Shown here: piece by piece, positions 39,663 through 50,585 of the stretch
How positions within the stretch are numbered: the stretch's first letter is position 1
Layout: every line of letters begins with the position of its first letter
NCBI GenBank assembly: GCA_016706865.1
Contig: JADJIS010000002.1
Span: 972,768-1,036,767 of the forward strand
Direction: 5' to 3'
Length of the DNA: 64,000 nucleotides
Origin: Bacteroidota bacterium
GTDB lineage: Bacteria; Bacteroidota; Bacteroidia; Chitinophagales; BACL12
The notes under the pieces: model-generated
What the model was told of the DNA's origin: nothing
Database searches by the model: none
Seen by the model: only the letters and a program-made list of their open reading frames with translations
Position numbers and translations under genes: made by a program

Positions 39663-40562
39663 TCATACATATATAAGAGTACTTTTTTCCGGATCTGTTG
39701 TCAACAATACTTCCCTGCCCAAATATAAAGCGCGATTGTCATCCTGATGCCCCGCAGGAAATCCGAAACATACGGGAATATTAAAATTCTTTACTTGTTC
39801 CAGAATGATCATTTCAACAGATTTGCCAAATGGAACTTGATTGTCTTTCAGATCTGTCATTCCACCTATTATCAATCCTTTAAGATTATCTAATTTGCCA
39901 GCGAGTTTCATGCTCCACATCATACGGTCAATATGGTACAGGTATTCATCAATATCCTCCAAAAATAATATTTTACCAGCAGTAGAAAATCCAAATTTTG
40001 TTCCTAAAAGTGAATAGAGAATGGATAAATTTCCGCCAATCAAAACACCGTTCGTTTCGCCAGAAATATTATATGAATTTGGTGAAATATTATATTCAGG
40101 TGCAATTCCAAATAAACAATTTTTTAATGTTTCTAAGGCAGCGGAACTATTTTTTTGAAAATTGAAGGCCATTGCTGAATGAATTACGGGCATTCCTAGT
40201 TTATCTGTAATGTGTGAAAATAAAACGGTCATATCACTATATCCACAAATAAATTTAGGTGCCTGCATAAAACCTGTAAAATCTATTTTATCCATGATCC
40301 TGATTGTACCATAACCACCTCGCGCAAAAATGATGGCTCTGATCTCGGGATCATCTAAAAAAGTTTGAAGATTATTAGCTCTAAGTGCATCATCTCCTGC
40401 AAATTGTCCATCTTTTGCCGAAATAGTTTCACCATATACCGGAATTAACCCCCAGGAACGCAACAACTGGTCGGCAAATTCAATTTCACTTCTTTCTATC
40501 CACCGGGCAGTAGAGAGGATACCAATTTTATCTCCGGGCTTCACAGCTAAACGGTTGAGCAT
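39663..40562 (-). CDS. LD-carboxypeptidase (peptidase S66, LdcA-like)
   Basis: KPGDKIGILS.., GYSD nucleophile motif (CGYSDMTVL), C-terminal GH. I prefer the start at M12 (40562). Confidence 0.8.
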   Translation of the reverse strand: MLNRLAVKPGDKIGILSTARWIERSEIEFADQLLRSWGLIPVYGETISAKDGQFAGDDALRANNLQTFLDDPEIRAIIFARGGYGTIRIMDKIDFTGFMQAPKFICGYSDMTVLFSHITDKLGMPVIHSAMAFNFQKNSSAALETLKNCLFGIAPEYNISPNSYNISGETNGVLIGGNLSILYSLLGTKFGFSTAGKILFLEDIDEYLYHIDRMMWSMKLAGKLDNLKGLIIGGMTDLKDNQVPFGKSVEMIILEQVKNFNIPVCFGFPAGHQDDNRALYLGREVLLTTDPEKSTLIYV

Positions 40563-40599
40563 ATTATTTATAATTTTGCAGTTCAAAATTGACAAAAAC

Positions 40600-42690
40600 T
40601 TGCAACACCCGGAAAGATATTTAATAACATCAGCACTGCCTTATGCAAACGGGCCATTACATATAGGCCATATAGCAGGAGCGTATTTGCCTGCGGATAT
40701 TTATGTCCGTTATCTTCGCCGAAGAAAAAGGGATGTGGTTTTTGTTTGTGGAAGCGATGAACATGGCGCTGCTATTACTATTCAGGCAAAAAAAGAAAAT
40801 ACCACCCCAGAGGCGATCATTGATAAATATCACGAGATCATTAAGAACGCATTTCAGGGGCTGGCCATTAGTTTTGATATATATCACCGCACATCCTCTC
40901 AAATTCATCATGAAACCTCAAGCGAATTCTTTCTGAATTTGTATAACAAAAATGTATTCGAGGAAAAAGAAAGTGAGCAGTATTTTGATGAAAAATTTCA
41001 ACAGTTTCTAGCCGACAGATATATAGTTGGAACTTGTCCCGTTTGCGCTAATCCAAATGCATTTGGCGATCAATGTGAAAAATGTGGCTCTTCACTTTCT
41101 CCCGACGACCTAATTGATCCTGTTTCTTCATTGAGTAATGAAAAGCCAATTAAAAGAAAAACCACTCATTGGTACTTACCATTAAATAAATACCAGGATT
41201 GGCTAACGAGTTGGATAATTGATGGGGAAGGAAGAACAGAGGAATGGAAAAAAAATGTTGTGGGTCAATGTTCAAGTTGGTTAAAACAAGGTTTACATCC
41301 GCGATCAATTACCAGAGATCTTGATTGGGGTGTGAAAGTTCCATTGAAAAATGCAGAAGGAAAAGTATTATATGTTTGGCTCGATGCACCCATCGGTTAC
41401 ATTAGTGCAACAAAACAATGGGCAATAGATAATAATAAAAACTGGGAGCCTTATTGGAAAGATAAAAACACAAAATTGTTGCATTTTATCGGTAAGGATA
41501 ATATAGTGTTTCATTGTTTGATATTTCCATGTATTTTAAAAAGTCACGGGGATTTTATAATACCCACAAATGTTCCGGCAAATGAATTTATGAATATGGA
41601 GGGAGATAAAATGTCAACTTCCCGAAACTGGAATATTCAATTGCATAAATATTTGGAAGAATTTCCGGATAAAGAAGATGTTTTGCGTTATGTATTATGT
41701 GCAAATATGCCCGAGACCAAAGACAGTGAATTCACCTGGAAAGACTATCAGGCGCGGAATAACAACGAATTGGTGGCTATTTTGGGAAATTATGCTAATC
41801 GTGTTTTAGTATTAACACATAAATATTTTGAAGGAAAAATTCCAACGGAAAAATCTGCGCTTTTAAGTGAGGAATATATCATCAATTATAAAAAGGATAT
41901 ACAAAAATTAATTGATGAGGTTTACGTTCCATCAATTGAAAATTATCGATTCAGAGATGCGCTTAATGCTATGATGGATGTTGTTAGACTTGGCAATAAA
42001 TTATTAACTGATTATGAGCCCTGGAAATTAATAAAAACCGATGTAGAAAAAACTGGTGCTGTTCTCAGAGTATGTTTGGAAAGTTTGTTGGATATAGCAA
42101 TTTTGTGCGAACCATTCTTGCCATTTACGGCCATTAAAATATTTAATACACTGGGAGTTAATAATGACCCCGGATTTGAATTATTAAATTCAAAACTCGA
42201 AACAAATGGACAAATTGGAGAGGCAGTTTATTTATTTGAAAAAGTGGAGGATGAAATAATAGAAGCAAAATTATCGGCACTTGAAGAAATTCGAATATCC
42301 AGGATTGAACAAAGTGAAAATAATAATGAACCAATAAAGAAAACGGAAAAACCGGTTTTAAAATCCACAATTCAATTTGAAGATTTTTCAAAATTGGATC
42401 TGCGAACCGGAATTATCATAACGGCAGAAAAAATTGATGGTGCCGATAAACTTTTGAAATTGTCTGTTGATCTGGGTTTTGAAACACGGATCATCGTATC
42501 GGGAATTGCCAAACATTTTGACCCTGCAACTTTGCCTGGAAAAAGAGTGATAGTATTGGTAAATCTGGCACCCCGAAAAATGCGTGGTGTAGAAAGCAAT
42601 GGAATGATCCTTATGGCAGAAGATCCATCCGGAAAGTTGTTTTTTGTGGCGGAGGAAGGCTCTTCTGAGCCCGGATTACCCATTAGTTAA
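40600..42690 (+). CDS. metG: Methionine--tRNA ligase
   Basis: ALPYANGPLHIGH (HIGH), zinc knuckles (CPVC..CEKCG), KMSTS, C-terminal tRNA-binding domain. The start is uncertain: TTG at 40600 gives a canonical N-terminus, while the ORF-track TTG at 40555 would overlap the divergent ldcA start. Confidence 0.93.
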   Translation: MQHPERYLITSALPYANGPLHIGHIAGAYLPADIYVRYLRRRKRDVVFVCGSDEHGAAITIQAKKENTTPEAIIDKYHEIIKNAFQGLAISFDIYHRTSSQIHHETSSEFFLNLYNKNVFEEKESEQYFDEKFQQFLADRYIVGTCPVCANPNAFGDQCEKCGSSLSPDDLIDPVSSLSNEKPIKRKTTHWYLPLNKYQDWLTSWIIDGEGRTEEWKKNVVGQCSSWLKQGLHPRSITRDLDWGVKVPLKNAEGKVLYVWLDAPIGYISATKQWAIDNNKNWEPYWKDKNTKLLHFIGKDNIVFHCLIFPCILKSHGDFIIPTNVPANEFMNMEGDKMSTSRNWNIQLHKYLEEFPDKEDVLRYVLCANMPETKDSEFTWKDYQARNNNELVAILGNYANRVLVLTHKYFEGKIPTEKSALLSEEYIINYKKDIQKLIDEVYVPSIENYRFRDALNAMMDVVRLGNKLLTDYEPWKLIKTDVEKTGAVLRVCLESLLDIAILCEPFLPFTAIKIFNTLGVNNDPGFELLNSKLETNGQIGEAVYLFEKVEDEIIEAKLSALEEIRISRIEQSENNNEPIKKTEKPVLKSTIQFEDFSKLDLRTGIIITAEKIDGADKLLKLSVDLGFETRIIVSGIAKHFDPATLPGKRVIVLVNLAPRKMRGVESNGMILMAEDPSGKLFFVAEEGSSEPGLPIS

Positions 42691-42852
42691 CTTTTTGTGA
42701 GCTTTGAACGGTCTCAGAATTTTAATTTGGTTGTCACGCAACGCAGTATCTCCACATTGTCGTCTTTCGAGGGTTGTCTAAGAATCACAACTCAAATTCA
42801 TGAAAGTCAAATTTGTTTTTCAACCTGTACTGGTTGATTGGTCGAATAGCTA

Positions 42853-42860
42853 TATCTTTG
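42853..42860 (+). promoter_or_regulatory. Bacteroidota-type -7 promoter box (TAnnTTTG) upstream of the polysaccharide locus
   Basis: TATCTTTG lies 21 nt upstream of the ATG at 42881. This supports the shorter start for the export protein. Confidence 0.5.
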
Positions 42861-42880
42861 CACGAAATTTTAAAAAAAGT

Positions 42881-45253
42881 ATGAAGAAGATTTCTTCGTT
42901 GGGCTTGATCTTATTAGTTGCAAGTACCATTTTTACCCTTAATGCACAAACGCCTGTTGTACCAGCTGTATCATCAGGAACACTTGAATCTTTGGGGTTC
43001 GACCAGACTGAGATTGATGCCATTATGGAAACTACCGGCACTTCAACTTCAACTGCCGTGGAATCTGCCACAATGATACAGGATGCGCAACAGTCGGCTG
43101 TTGATGCTGCCAATAGCCAAATAAACACCCTGGCACCAAATACTTCAGTTATTGCATCTCCTGCTGTTCAGGAGGCTATTGCAGAAGTTATCGGTGATGA
43201 ACCTGCCCCTGCTCCAATTTGGGGTCAGGACTTTTTTCGCAGCGGTTCGATAGACCTGTTTGAAAAAGTGCCAAACTCTAAGGTTGGAGACAACTATATT
43301 CTAGGCGAAGGCGACATGATAACCATTGCAGTATGGGGTTATGCTTATTATAATTCCAATTTTACGATCAATGAGGAAGGGTATATAACAACCATAGAAG
43401 TTGGTAGAATTTATTTGAAAGGGCTTACCTTCAGTGCCGCCAAACAGTTGCTGCGTCAGCGTTTTGCCTCGGCATTTGATCTTACCAATTCAAAATTTGA
43501 TGTTACACTTACCTACTCCAAAAGCATAAAAGTAAATATCGTTGGAGAGGTTGTAAATCCTGGATCTTATAATATTTCCTCCTTTAATACTGCTTTCAAT
43601 GCACTTGTTGCAGCTGGCGGTGTAACAGATATTGGTTCTGTGAGAAATATTCAGATAAAAAGAAATAATCGGGTGATACAAACTTTGGATGTGTATCAAT
43701 TCCTGATGAATCCGGGTGCAACGGATGATACTTACCTGGAAGCTAACGATTACATCGTGGTAAACGGGATAGGCAGAGTAGTGCAGGTAGAGGGAGAAGT
43801 AAACAGACCGACAAAATACGAATTGGTGCCCGGTGAAAACCTCAATGAACTTATTTATTACGCCGGCGGGTTAAAATCAACTGCTTACAAACGCAACGTT
43901 TCCATTTTCCGTTATGTTAACAACGAAAATGTTGTTCTCGATTTCAATCTGGATAGCGTAGAAAGAGAAAAAATTAATTTTCCGTTGATAAATGGAGACA
44001 GAATAGTTTTCTCTAAAATTCCGGAAGTAATTGAAAATATTGTTACCATTCAAGGAGCTTGTCGTTTTCCAGGGAACTATCAACTTACTGCAGATATGCG
44101 TATTTCCGACCTGATTGAAAAAGCAAAAGGTTTGAATTATGATGCATACACCGACCGTGCTTATTTAATTCGCAAGGATGCTAAAATGAATGATGTTTAT
44201 ATTCCTTTCGAATTGGATGAAGTATTGGCAAATTCAAATTCTCCTTTCAATTTTAAATTAGCAAAATTTGATGTTATTGATATATTTTCAAAGGAAGAAT
44301 TCAGAGAAACTTTTAATGTGTCAATAGATGGTGCGGTGAAAATGCCTGGATCATTTCCATATTATCAGCAAATGACCTTAAAGGATCTTCTTTATTATTC
44401 GGGCGGATTAAAGGTAGAGGCTGCAAATAATAAAATAGAGGTTTCCCGTATCGTAAATTTTAGTGATGCGAGCAATCAAAATGAACCTACCAGAGTTGTT
44501 GTGCAATCAGTTTCAGTGGATAAAGCACTGGATGTGGATGATGCAGCAAATTCGTTTGTGCTTCAACCTTACGATCAGGTTTATGTAAGAACTACACCTG
44601 AATTTGAATATCAGAAAAATATTACCATTTTGGGTGAGGTTAAATATCCCGGAGTTTATACTTTATTATCGCGCACAGAAACTTTGGCAGATGTAATTGA
44701 AAGAGCAGGCGGTTTAACACAATGGGCTTATGCAGAAGGAACAACAATGAACAGATTGGATGTTACTTCTACCCTGGTTTTTCTTGGAAAGGCAATGGAA
44801 AATCCCGAATCGAAATATAATTATGTAATGCGGGCAGGTGATATTGTTACTGTTCCTAAACAAGGTGATCTTGTTGCATTAAAGGGAGAAATAAAATATC
44901 CGTTTATCGGTGATCCGGGAACTGTTGTAGTTCCTTTTGAAAAAGGTAGATCCGCTCGTCATTTTATCAAAAAATATGGTAAGAATTTCGATGATGATGC
45001 CAAAAGAAGTGAAACTTATGTAGTTGAACCAAATGGTTATGTTCACAGAACACATAATTTCCTATTTATACATTTTTATCCTAGAGTAAAAGTAAAAGGA
45101 AGCCAAATTGTAGTTCCACAGAAACCGGAAGAGAAAATTGAGATCGAACAAAATGTTGAACCAAAGGAACCATTTGATTGGAATACTTTTGCAACTACAT
45201 TTAGTGCAGGTATCTTGAGTTTTGCAACAATTTATGTTTTGTTACAACGCTGA
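42881..45253 (+). CDS. Polysaccharide export protein (Wza-like, multiple SLBB domains)
   Basis: Signal peptide from MKKISSLGL. Poly_export motif (YILGEGDMITIAVWG) followed by repeated SLBB-like modules (..GEV..PG.Y...). C-terminal TM segment. Confidence 0.8.
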   Translation: MKKISSLGLILLVASTIFTLNAQTPVVPAVSSGTLESLGFDQTEIDAIMETTGTSTSTAVESATMIQDAQQSAVDAANSQINTLAPNTSVIASPAVQEAIAEVIGDEPAPAPIWGQDFFRSGSIDLFEKVPNSKVGDNYILGEGDMITIAVWGYAYYNSNFTINEEGYITTIEVGRIYLKGLTFSAAKQLLRQRFASAFDLTNSKFDVTLTYSKSIKVNIVGEVVNPGSYNISSFNTAFNALVAAGGVTDIGSVRNIQIKRNNRVIQTLDVYQFLMNPGATDDTYLEANDYIVVNGIGRVVQVEGEVNRPTKYELVPGENLNELIYYAGGLKSTAYKRNVSIFRYVNNENVVLDFNLDSVEREKINFPLINGDRIVFSKIPEVIENIVTIQGACRFPGNYQLTADMRISDLIEKAKGLNYDAYTDRAYLIRKDAKMNDVYIPFELDEVLANSNSPFNFKLAKFDVIDIFSKEEFRETFNVSIDGAVKMPGSFPYYQQMTLKDLLYYSGGLKVEAANNKIEVSRIVNFSDASNQNEPTRVVVQSVSVDKALDVDDAANSFVLQPYDQVYVRTTPEFEYQKNITILGEVKYPGVYTLLSRTETLADVIERAGGLTQWAYAEGTTMNRLDVTSTLVFLGKAMENPESKYNYVMRAGDIVTVPKQGDLVALKGEIKYPFIGDPGTVVVPFEKGRSARHFIKKYGKNFDDDAKRSETYVVEPNGYVHRTHNFLFIHFYPRVKVKGSQIVVPQKPEEKIEIEQNVEPKEPFDWNTFATTFSAGILSFATIYVLLQR

Positions 45254-45289
45254 TAATAATCAATAAAGCAAAAAACGAGAACAAAGATT

Positions 45290-46435
45290 ATGCAGTACGA
45301 TCGTCCATATAATGATGAAATAAATATTGGTGATTTATTTACCAAATTCGGTGAATACCGCCGTTATATATTAAAAAAGTGGTGGGTTGTTTTAATAGTG
45401 GCAATTTTACTTGCCATTCTACTTCGCTTTTATTCTGTTTGGAAAAAAGAAAGTTATATTTCTCATGCAGATTTTGCCGTAAAAGGAACAGAAGGTTCTT
45501 CCACTTCCTCTTTGGCCTCACTGGCCAGTTCATTCGGTATCGGACTTGCAACAGGATCGGAGTTTACAAATGAATTATTTTTGGGAGTACTTCAATCAAG
45601 AACACTTGTAAAACAGGCACTTACTGAAAAAAGAACATTATCTGTAAAAAAAGGAGTTCCTCCACGCGAAGATTATCTTGCCAATTTCTATATCGAAATG
45701 TATCCGAAATGGTCGAAGAAAAAAAAGGTGAAGGATTTTAGATTGGAACATGGAAGTTTAGATTCTTTAACAAGAAAAGAGGATAGTTGTTTAACAGTTA
45801 TTTATGACGAATTTATTGAGAATGATATCACAACCGAATTCAGCGATGATCTCGGGATGAATCAAATGGAGGTTTCGTCACTCAGCAGAGATTTTTCATT
45901 TTATATGGCTGACTATCTCGCTTACGCAGGATCTGCTTATTATATCAGCACTCAAGTAAAAAATGAGGAAATAACCGTAAATTTTTTACAGACTAAATCG
46001 GATTCTTTAAGAAAATTATTGGAACAAAAGGAAGACCTATTAGCCAAATTGCAGGATAATTCCAGTTATCAGGTAAAATTTGCAGGTTATCTCGGTCAAA
46101 ACAGATTATTGCGCGACATAGGATTGGTTACCACGGAATATTCCACCACCTACGCTCAATTACAATTGGCTTTATTCGATCTTCAAAATAAAACACCACT
46201 AGTTGATATTATTGACCAACCAAAATATTCTACAATAAAGGAAAAAGAACAGACAACAATGTTCATGATAATTGGATTTATTTTGGGTGCATTTTTAACA
46301 AGTATAGGATTGGGTGTGCGCAAATATATTCGCGACTCTGTAGAGGAAGGCAAACAAAAGCAACTTGTGATCGAAAAATATAACAAGGAAAAAGCAAGTC
46401 AATCATTAATAGATACAGAAAGTAATAAAATTTGA
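45290..46435 (+). CDS. Polysaccharide co-polymerase / chain-length determinant-like protein (no kinase domain)
   Basis: N- and C-terminal TM helices flank a ~300-aa coiled-coil-rich domain. No P-loop seen. Position is directly after the Wza-like gene. Confidence 0.55.
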   Translation: MQYDRPYNDEINIGDLFTKFGEYRRYILKKWWVVLIVAILLAILLRFYSVWKKESYISHADFAVKGTEGSSTSSLASLASSFGIGLATGSEFTNELFLGVLQSRTLVKQALTEKRTLSVKKGVPPREDYLANFYIEMYPKWSKKKKVKDFRLEHGSLDSLTRKEDSCLTVIYDEFIENDITTEFSDDLGMNQMEVSSLSRDFSFYMADYLAYAGSAYYISTQVKNEEITVNFLQTKSDSLRKLLEQKEDLLAKLQDNSSYQVKFAGYLGQNRLLRDIGLVTTEYSTTYAQLQLALFDLQNKTPLVDIIDQPKYSTIKEKEQTTMFMIIGFILGAFLTSIGLGVRKYIRDSVEEGKQKQLVIEKYNKEKASQSLIDTESNKI

Positions 46436-46467
46436 CACTGAGGTGTAATTAAAGAATTTGTTGGAAA

Positions 46468-47940
46468 ATGGTTTTTAACTCTTTACATTTTTTAATTTTT
46501 TTACCGGCTGTTATCTTCCTGTACTTCGCCATTCCCTATAAATGGAGATGGTTGTTGTTATTATTCGTAAGTTATTATTTCTACATGTGTTGGAAAGCAG
46601 AATATGCTTTCCTGATAGTTCTTTCTACCTCCATCGACTATTTGTGCGGCTTGCAAATGTCGAAACACGAGGATAAAAAGAAACGAAAACCCTGGATGAT
46701 ATTGAGTATTGTGATGAATTTATCCATACTCTTTCTATTTAAATATTTTAATTTCTTTAACGATTCTGCACGCGTTGTATTCGATAGCCTAAATATTTTC
46801 TACAACGTTCCCGAATTTAAATTACTGCTGCCGGTAGGATTATCTTTTTATACATTTCAGGCAATCAGTTATACCGTGGATGTTTATAAGGGCACAGCAA
46901 AAGCAGAAAAGAATTTCGGTTTTTTTGCAACATTTGTTGCCTATTGGCCGCAATTGGTGGCAGGGCCAATTCAACGTAAAGAAGATTTTCTTCCCCAGTT
47001 AAAACAAAATTTCGATTTTGATTATGAAAGAGTAAAACAGGGGCTCATCAGGATCCTTTACGGTTTCTTTAAAAAGGTTGTAATAGCCGACAGGCTCGCA
47101 ATATTTGTAAGAGAAGTATATAATCAGCCGGGCGATCATGGTGGATTTGCTGTTATTCTGGCAACATGGTTATTTGCTATTCAGGTATATTGCGATTTTT
47201 CGGGATATTGTGATATAGCAATTGGTTCTTCCAGAATAATGGGTCATAATCTCAGGGAAAATTTTAAAACGCCATATTTCGCAAAATCTATCAGAGAATT
47301 CTGGGAACGATGGCATATCACCCTTACAGTTTGGGTGCGCGACTATCTCTATATACCTATGGGTGGAAGTAAAGTTTCGTTCCCGCGTATGCTATTTAAT
47401 AATTTAGCTGCCTTAACTATTATGGGATTTTGGCATGGAGCCAACTGGACTTTTATCATGTTCGGATTTGTGCATGGATCTTTTATTGTGATCTCACGAA
47501 TATGGGATAGATACTTTCCTAAAATTAATTTGCCTACACTTTTGCCAAAAGCAAAATGGCTGACAAATTTTTTATTGATGTTCTGGATATTCAATTTAAC
47601 ATGTATTCCGGATATTTTCTTTTGTTCCAGAAATATCAACGAATCATGGATAATTATTCAAAGTATATTTAATCATCCCGATACAACATGGGCGCTAATT
47701 AATTCAAGTTCGCCGGCTGGTTCAACACCTAGTGTGATAGATTTTTGGCTGTCAATATTTTTTGTAGCAATTTTATTATACACTGATTATAATTTATATA
47801 CGCATAAAGATGTAACGATAGAAAAAAGAATTGCTGCTAAACCGGTTTATTTAAGATGGGGATTTTACATTTTGATAACAGTATTGGTATCATGGTTTGC
47901 AGTTACAACAGATTCCGTATTTATTTATTTCCAATTTTAA
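46468..47940 (+). CDS. MBOAT family O-acyltransferase (AlgI/DltB-like)
   Basis: Polytopic membrane protein with FWERWHITL.. and the conserved His region (GFWHGANW). Confidence 0.85.
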   Translation: MVFNSLHFLIFLPAVIFLYFAIPYKWRWLLLLFVSYYFYMCWKAEYAFLIVLSTSIDYLCGLQMSKHEDKKKRKPWMILSIVMNLSILFLFKYFNFFNDSARVVFDSLNIFYNVPEFKLLLPVGLSFYTFQAISYTVDVYKGTAKAEKNFGFFATFVAYWPQLVAGPIQRKEDFLPQLKQNFDFDYERVKQGLIRILYGFFKKVVIADRLAIFVREVYNQPGDHGGFAVILATWLFAIQVYCDFSGYCDIAIGSSRIMGHNLRENFKTPYFAKSIREFWERWHITLTVWVRDYLYIPMGGSKVSFPRMLFNNLAALTIMGFWHGANWTFIMFGFVHGSFIVISRIWDRYFPKINLPTLLPKAKWLTNFLLMFWIFNLTCIPDIFFCSRNINESWIIIQSIFNHPDTTWALINSSSPAGSTPSVIDFWLSIFFVAILLYTDYNLYTHKDVTIEKRIAAKPVYLRWGFYILITVLVSWFAVTTDSVFIYFQF

Positions 47941-47943
47941 AAC

Positions 47944-49074
47944 ATGAAAAAATTATTTCTTAGGTTTGGGTTATTGGTTTTGATAGTTTTGGTTTTTAGC
48001 CAGATCGCTATCATTACTATGCCATTTTCCTGGGGGAATATCAGGCTTAACTCTAAATATGAATCATACGTTGAAAACAGCGATCAATATAATACGCTGT
48101 TTATTGGGGCAAGTACAACCTATAGGCATATTAATCCTGTGGAGTTCGATTCTATTGTGAATGCAGAGCGACCTGAATTAAAAATAAAGTCCTATAATTT
48201 CGGCATTCCTGCAAACAGAACTCCACAATCAGTTTACATGCTTGAAAACTTAATTAAGTATGATAAATCCAATTTGAAATACGTAGTGATAGACCTTTCC
48301 GAACTTACAAAGATGGGTGCAGATAATCTTCACAAAAAAGAAATGATATTTTGGTATACCCCGGATAATATTTTTGACGTGATGAAAGCTAGTTGGGAAT
48401 CAGAAAAAGGAATTGCAAAAAAAGTAAGTGTTCCGGGTTTACATGCCTTTTCGTTCTGTGAAAAATCATTAATGATCGGAATGGGAACTGCCATAGTTCA
48501 ACAGGCAACTGGAATGAATGTTGACGAAAGAACATTAGGGCCTGATAGAAGAGGATTTTATTCACTTGATCAGGAAATGAAAGATGATCCGGATGGAGAC
48601 CTTGCTGTGCGTTATTCTGAATTGCGCACTCCTGATACCATAGCTTTTCGCACACAACGTTGTCAGTTTTTATTCGATAAGTATGAAAATGCAACAGTAA
48701 ACCCGAATAAAACCATAGAAAAAAATCTCACCGACCTGATAAAATATTGTGAGCAAAATGATATTAAATTAATAATTATGCTTTCGCAGCGTTTAGGCGA
48801 CAGGTATGAATATTTGATCCCCCTTTACAATCAATTGCCTGCAGAAAATAAAATTGGTTTTCAGGACCCTTCTGCTTATCCAATGTTAAACGAAAGAGAA
48901 AATCTTTTTGATCTTGCACATTTAAATGCTCCTGGAGCAAAAATATTTACCGAAATATTTGTTGATGAATTTTTGCAGAGAATTGATATGCAAAATGGTA
49001 TTCAACCATCTGAAAATGCCAAACCTGATAGTTTAACGATCATTCAAAATACTTCTGCGGATGATTCGTTATGA
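47944..49074 (+). CDS. SGNH/DltD-like partner of the MBOAT acyltransferase (hypothetical)
   Basis: N-terminal anchor, block-I-like LFIGASTTY, C-terminal DLAHLN (DxxH). Lies 3 nt after the MBOAT gene. Confidence 0.5.
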   Translation: MKKLFLRFGLLVLIVLVFSQIAIITMPFSWGNIRLNSKYESYVENSDQYNTLFIGASTTYRHINPVEFDSIVNAERPELKIKSYNFGIPANRTPQSVYMLENLIKYDKSNLKYVVIDLSELTKMGADNLHKKEMIFWYTPDNIFDVMKASWESEKGIAKKVSVPGLHAFSFCEKSLMIGMGTAIVQQATGMNVDERTLGPDRRGFYSLDQEMKDDPDGDLAVRYSELRTPDTIAFRTQRCQFLFDKYENATVNPNKTIEKNLTDLIKYCEQNDIKLIIMLSQRLGDRYEYLIPLYNQLPAENKIGFQDPSAYPMLNERENLFDLAHLNAPGAKIFTEIFVDEFLQRIDMQNGIQPSENAKPDSLTIIQNTSADDSL

Positions 49075-50585
49075 TCAGCAAACTTAAAAAGAAAATTGTA
49101 AGAAAATTTGGAGATCAGGATTTTTCTGAGATCTTTAAGAAGGGATTTTCCGGAACAATTATTAGTTTATTAGGAAGAGTGACCGGTTACCTGCTATTAA
49201 TGGTGATCGGATGGCTATATGGACAAGAAGCCATGGGAGTGTATACCGTTGGATTAAGTATTCTCAGTATTGTTGGAATTTTCGGAAGGTTTGGAGTGGA
49301 TATGGCCATGTCGAGATTTGTAGCACAGTATAGCGCAGCAAACCGTTGGGACCTTGTGCAACATACTTACAAGATCGCATTAAAAATTGTAATACCTATT
49401 AGTGTATTTTTATCTGCAGCAACTTTTTTTATTATTCCTTTTTTTACCGATAATTTATTTGACCCTACGGCACCCGATTTCGAAAAATATACATTGTACA
49501 TGCAAATTTTTGCAGTGTCAATTTTGTTTTATGTATTGGGAGGATTAAGTGAGGAATGTATTAAAGGCCTCAAAAAAACAAAACAATTTAATTGGATTTC
49601 ACAAGTTGTAAATCAGTTAGTTGCTATTTTGTTTTTATTATTATTCGGATTATTTTCCAAAGATCAGTTATGGGTTAATTTATCTTATTGTATAGGAATT
49701 TTTGTCGCATTTTTAATCGCTCAGTTTTTATGGATTTTCTATTTAAAAAATCCTGTAATTGCGAAAAGTGAGTTTTTTGTAAAAAAAGAAAAAAAGAACA
49801 AAAAGGATCTGCCTTCCCAAGCTGCCCTTAATGCTATTATAGAATCGCATGAAAAAATCACCACCCCTGAATTACTTAAGGTTTCTGCTCCTATGATGTC
49901 GGCGAAATATCTTACCATGATATATACCTGGCTTGATATTTTGATTTTGGCGTGGTACGCTACTGAACCTATGGTTGCAATTTACAGAGTGGCAACCCGA
50001 TTAACCTCATTGGCTACAATTCCACTCATTTCAATAAATGCAATTGCGGGACCTAAATTCGCGGAGGCGTACGGTGCCAAGGATGATAAACGTCTTCAAA
50101 ACAGTGTCAGGCAAGCAACCCGACTTATATTCTGGTCGTGTATTCCATTTCTTTTCTTATTTTTAGTTTTTCCTAAATTTTGTTTGTGGACTTTCGGAAA
50201 AGGTTTTACAACGGAAGAGGCAATTATTGTATTTATTATTGTAACGCTCGGGCAGGCGGTAAACGTTTTAACAGGACCGGTTACAGTGTTACTTAATATG
50301 ACCGGCCGCCAAAAGGTTACCATGTATTATGCACTGGCAACGGTTGTGATAGATGTTGGATTAAATTTGATATTAATTCCCATGTATGGAATTATTGGAG
50401 CGGCTATCGCAACAGCAGTCTCACGAACAATTTTAAATTTGGGATGTGCGCTGCAGATCTATTTTACAATGGGTATCAATACAATTTATAATCCATTTGC
50501 CGATATTGCCGCTGCGTTTAGTAAAAAGAAGAAAAAGAATAATAATAATGTTTCTGAAATAAATAACGATACGGAAATTGAATGA
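49071..50585 (+). CDS. Oligosaccharide/polysaccharide flippase (Wzx-like, MOP superfamily)
   Basis: About 12-14 TM segments, size and locus context. Start overlaps the previous stop. Confidence 0.6.
   Translation: MISKLKKKIVRKFGDQDFSEIFKKGFSGTIISLLGRVTGYLLLMVIGWLYGQEAMGVYTVGLSILSIVGIFGRFGVDMAMSRFVAQYSAANRWDLVQHTYKIALKIVIPISVFLSAATFFIIPFFTDNLFDPTAPDFEKYTLYMQIFAVSILFYVLGGLSEECIKGLKKTKQFNWISQVVNQLVAILFLLLFGLFSKDQLWVNLSYCIGIFVAFLIAQFLWIFYLKNPVIAKSEFFVKKEKKNKKDLPSQAALNAIIESHEKITTPELLKVSAPMMSAKYLTMIYTWLDILILAWYATEPMVAIYRVATRLTSLATIPLISINAIAGPKFAEAYGAKDDKRLQNSVRQATRLIFWSCIPFLFLFLVFPKFCLWTFGKGFTTEEAIIVFIIVTLGQAVNVLTGPVTVLLNMTGRQKVTMYYALATVVIDVGLNLILIPMYGIIGAAIATAVSRTILNLGCALQIYFTMGINTIYNPFADIAAAFSKKKKKNNNNVSEINNDTEIE

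Noticed and set aside
1362-42881. N-terminal extensions in the ORF track for uvrC (3272), the OmpA protein (19608), rsmA (25605), the PorV-like protein (35095), ldcA (40595) and the Wza-like protein (42800)
   Set aside because: The internal Met starts give canonical N-termini or signal peptides. They also remove overlaps with neighbouring genes or, for the Wza-like gene, with a -7 promoter box at 42853-42860. The start choices remain predictions.
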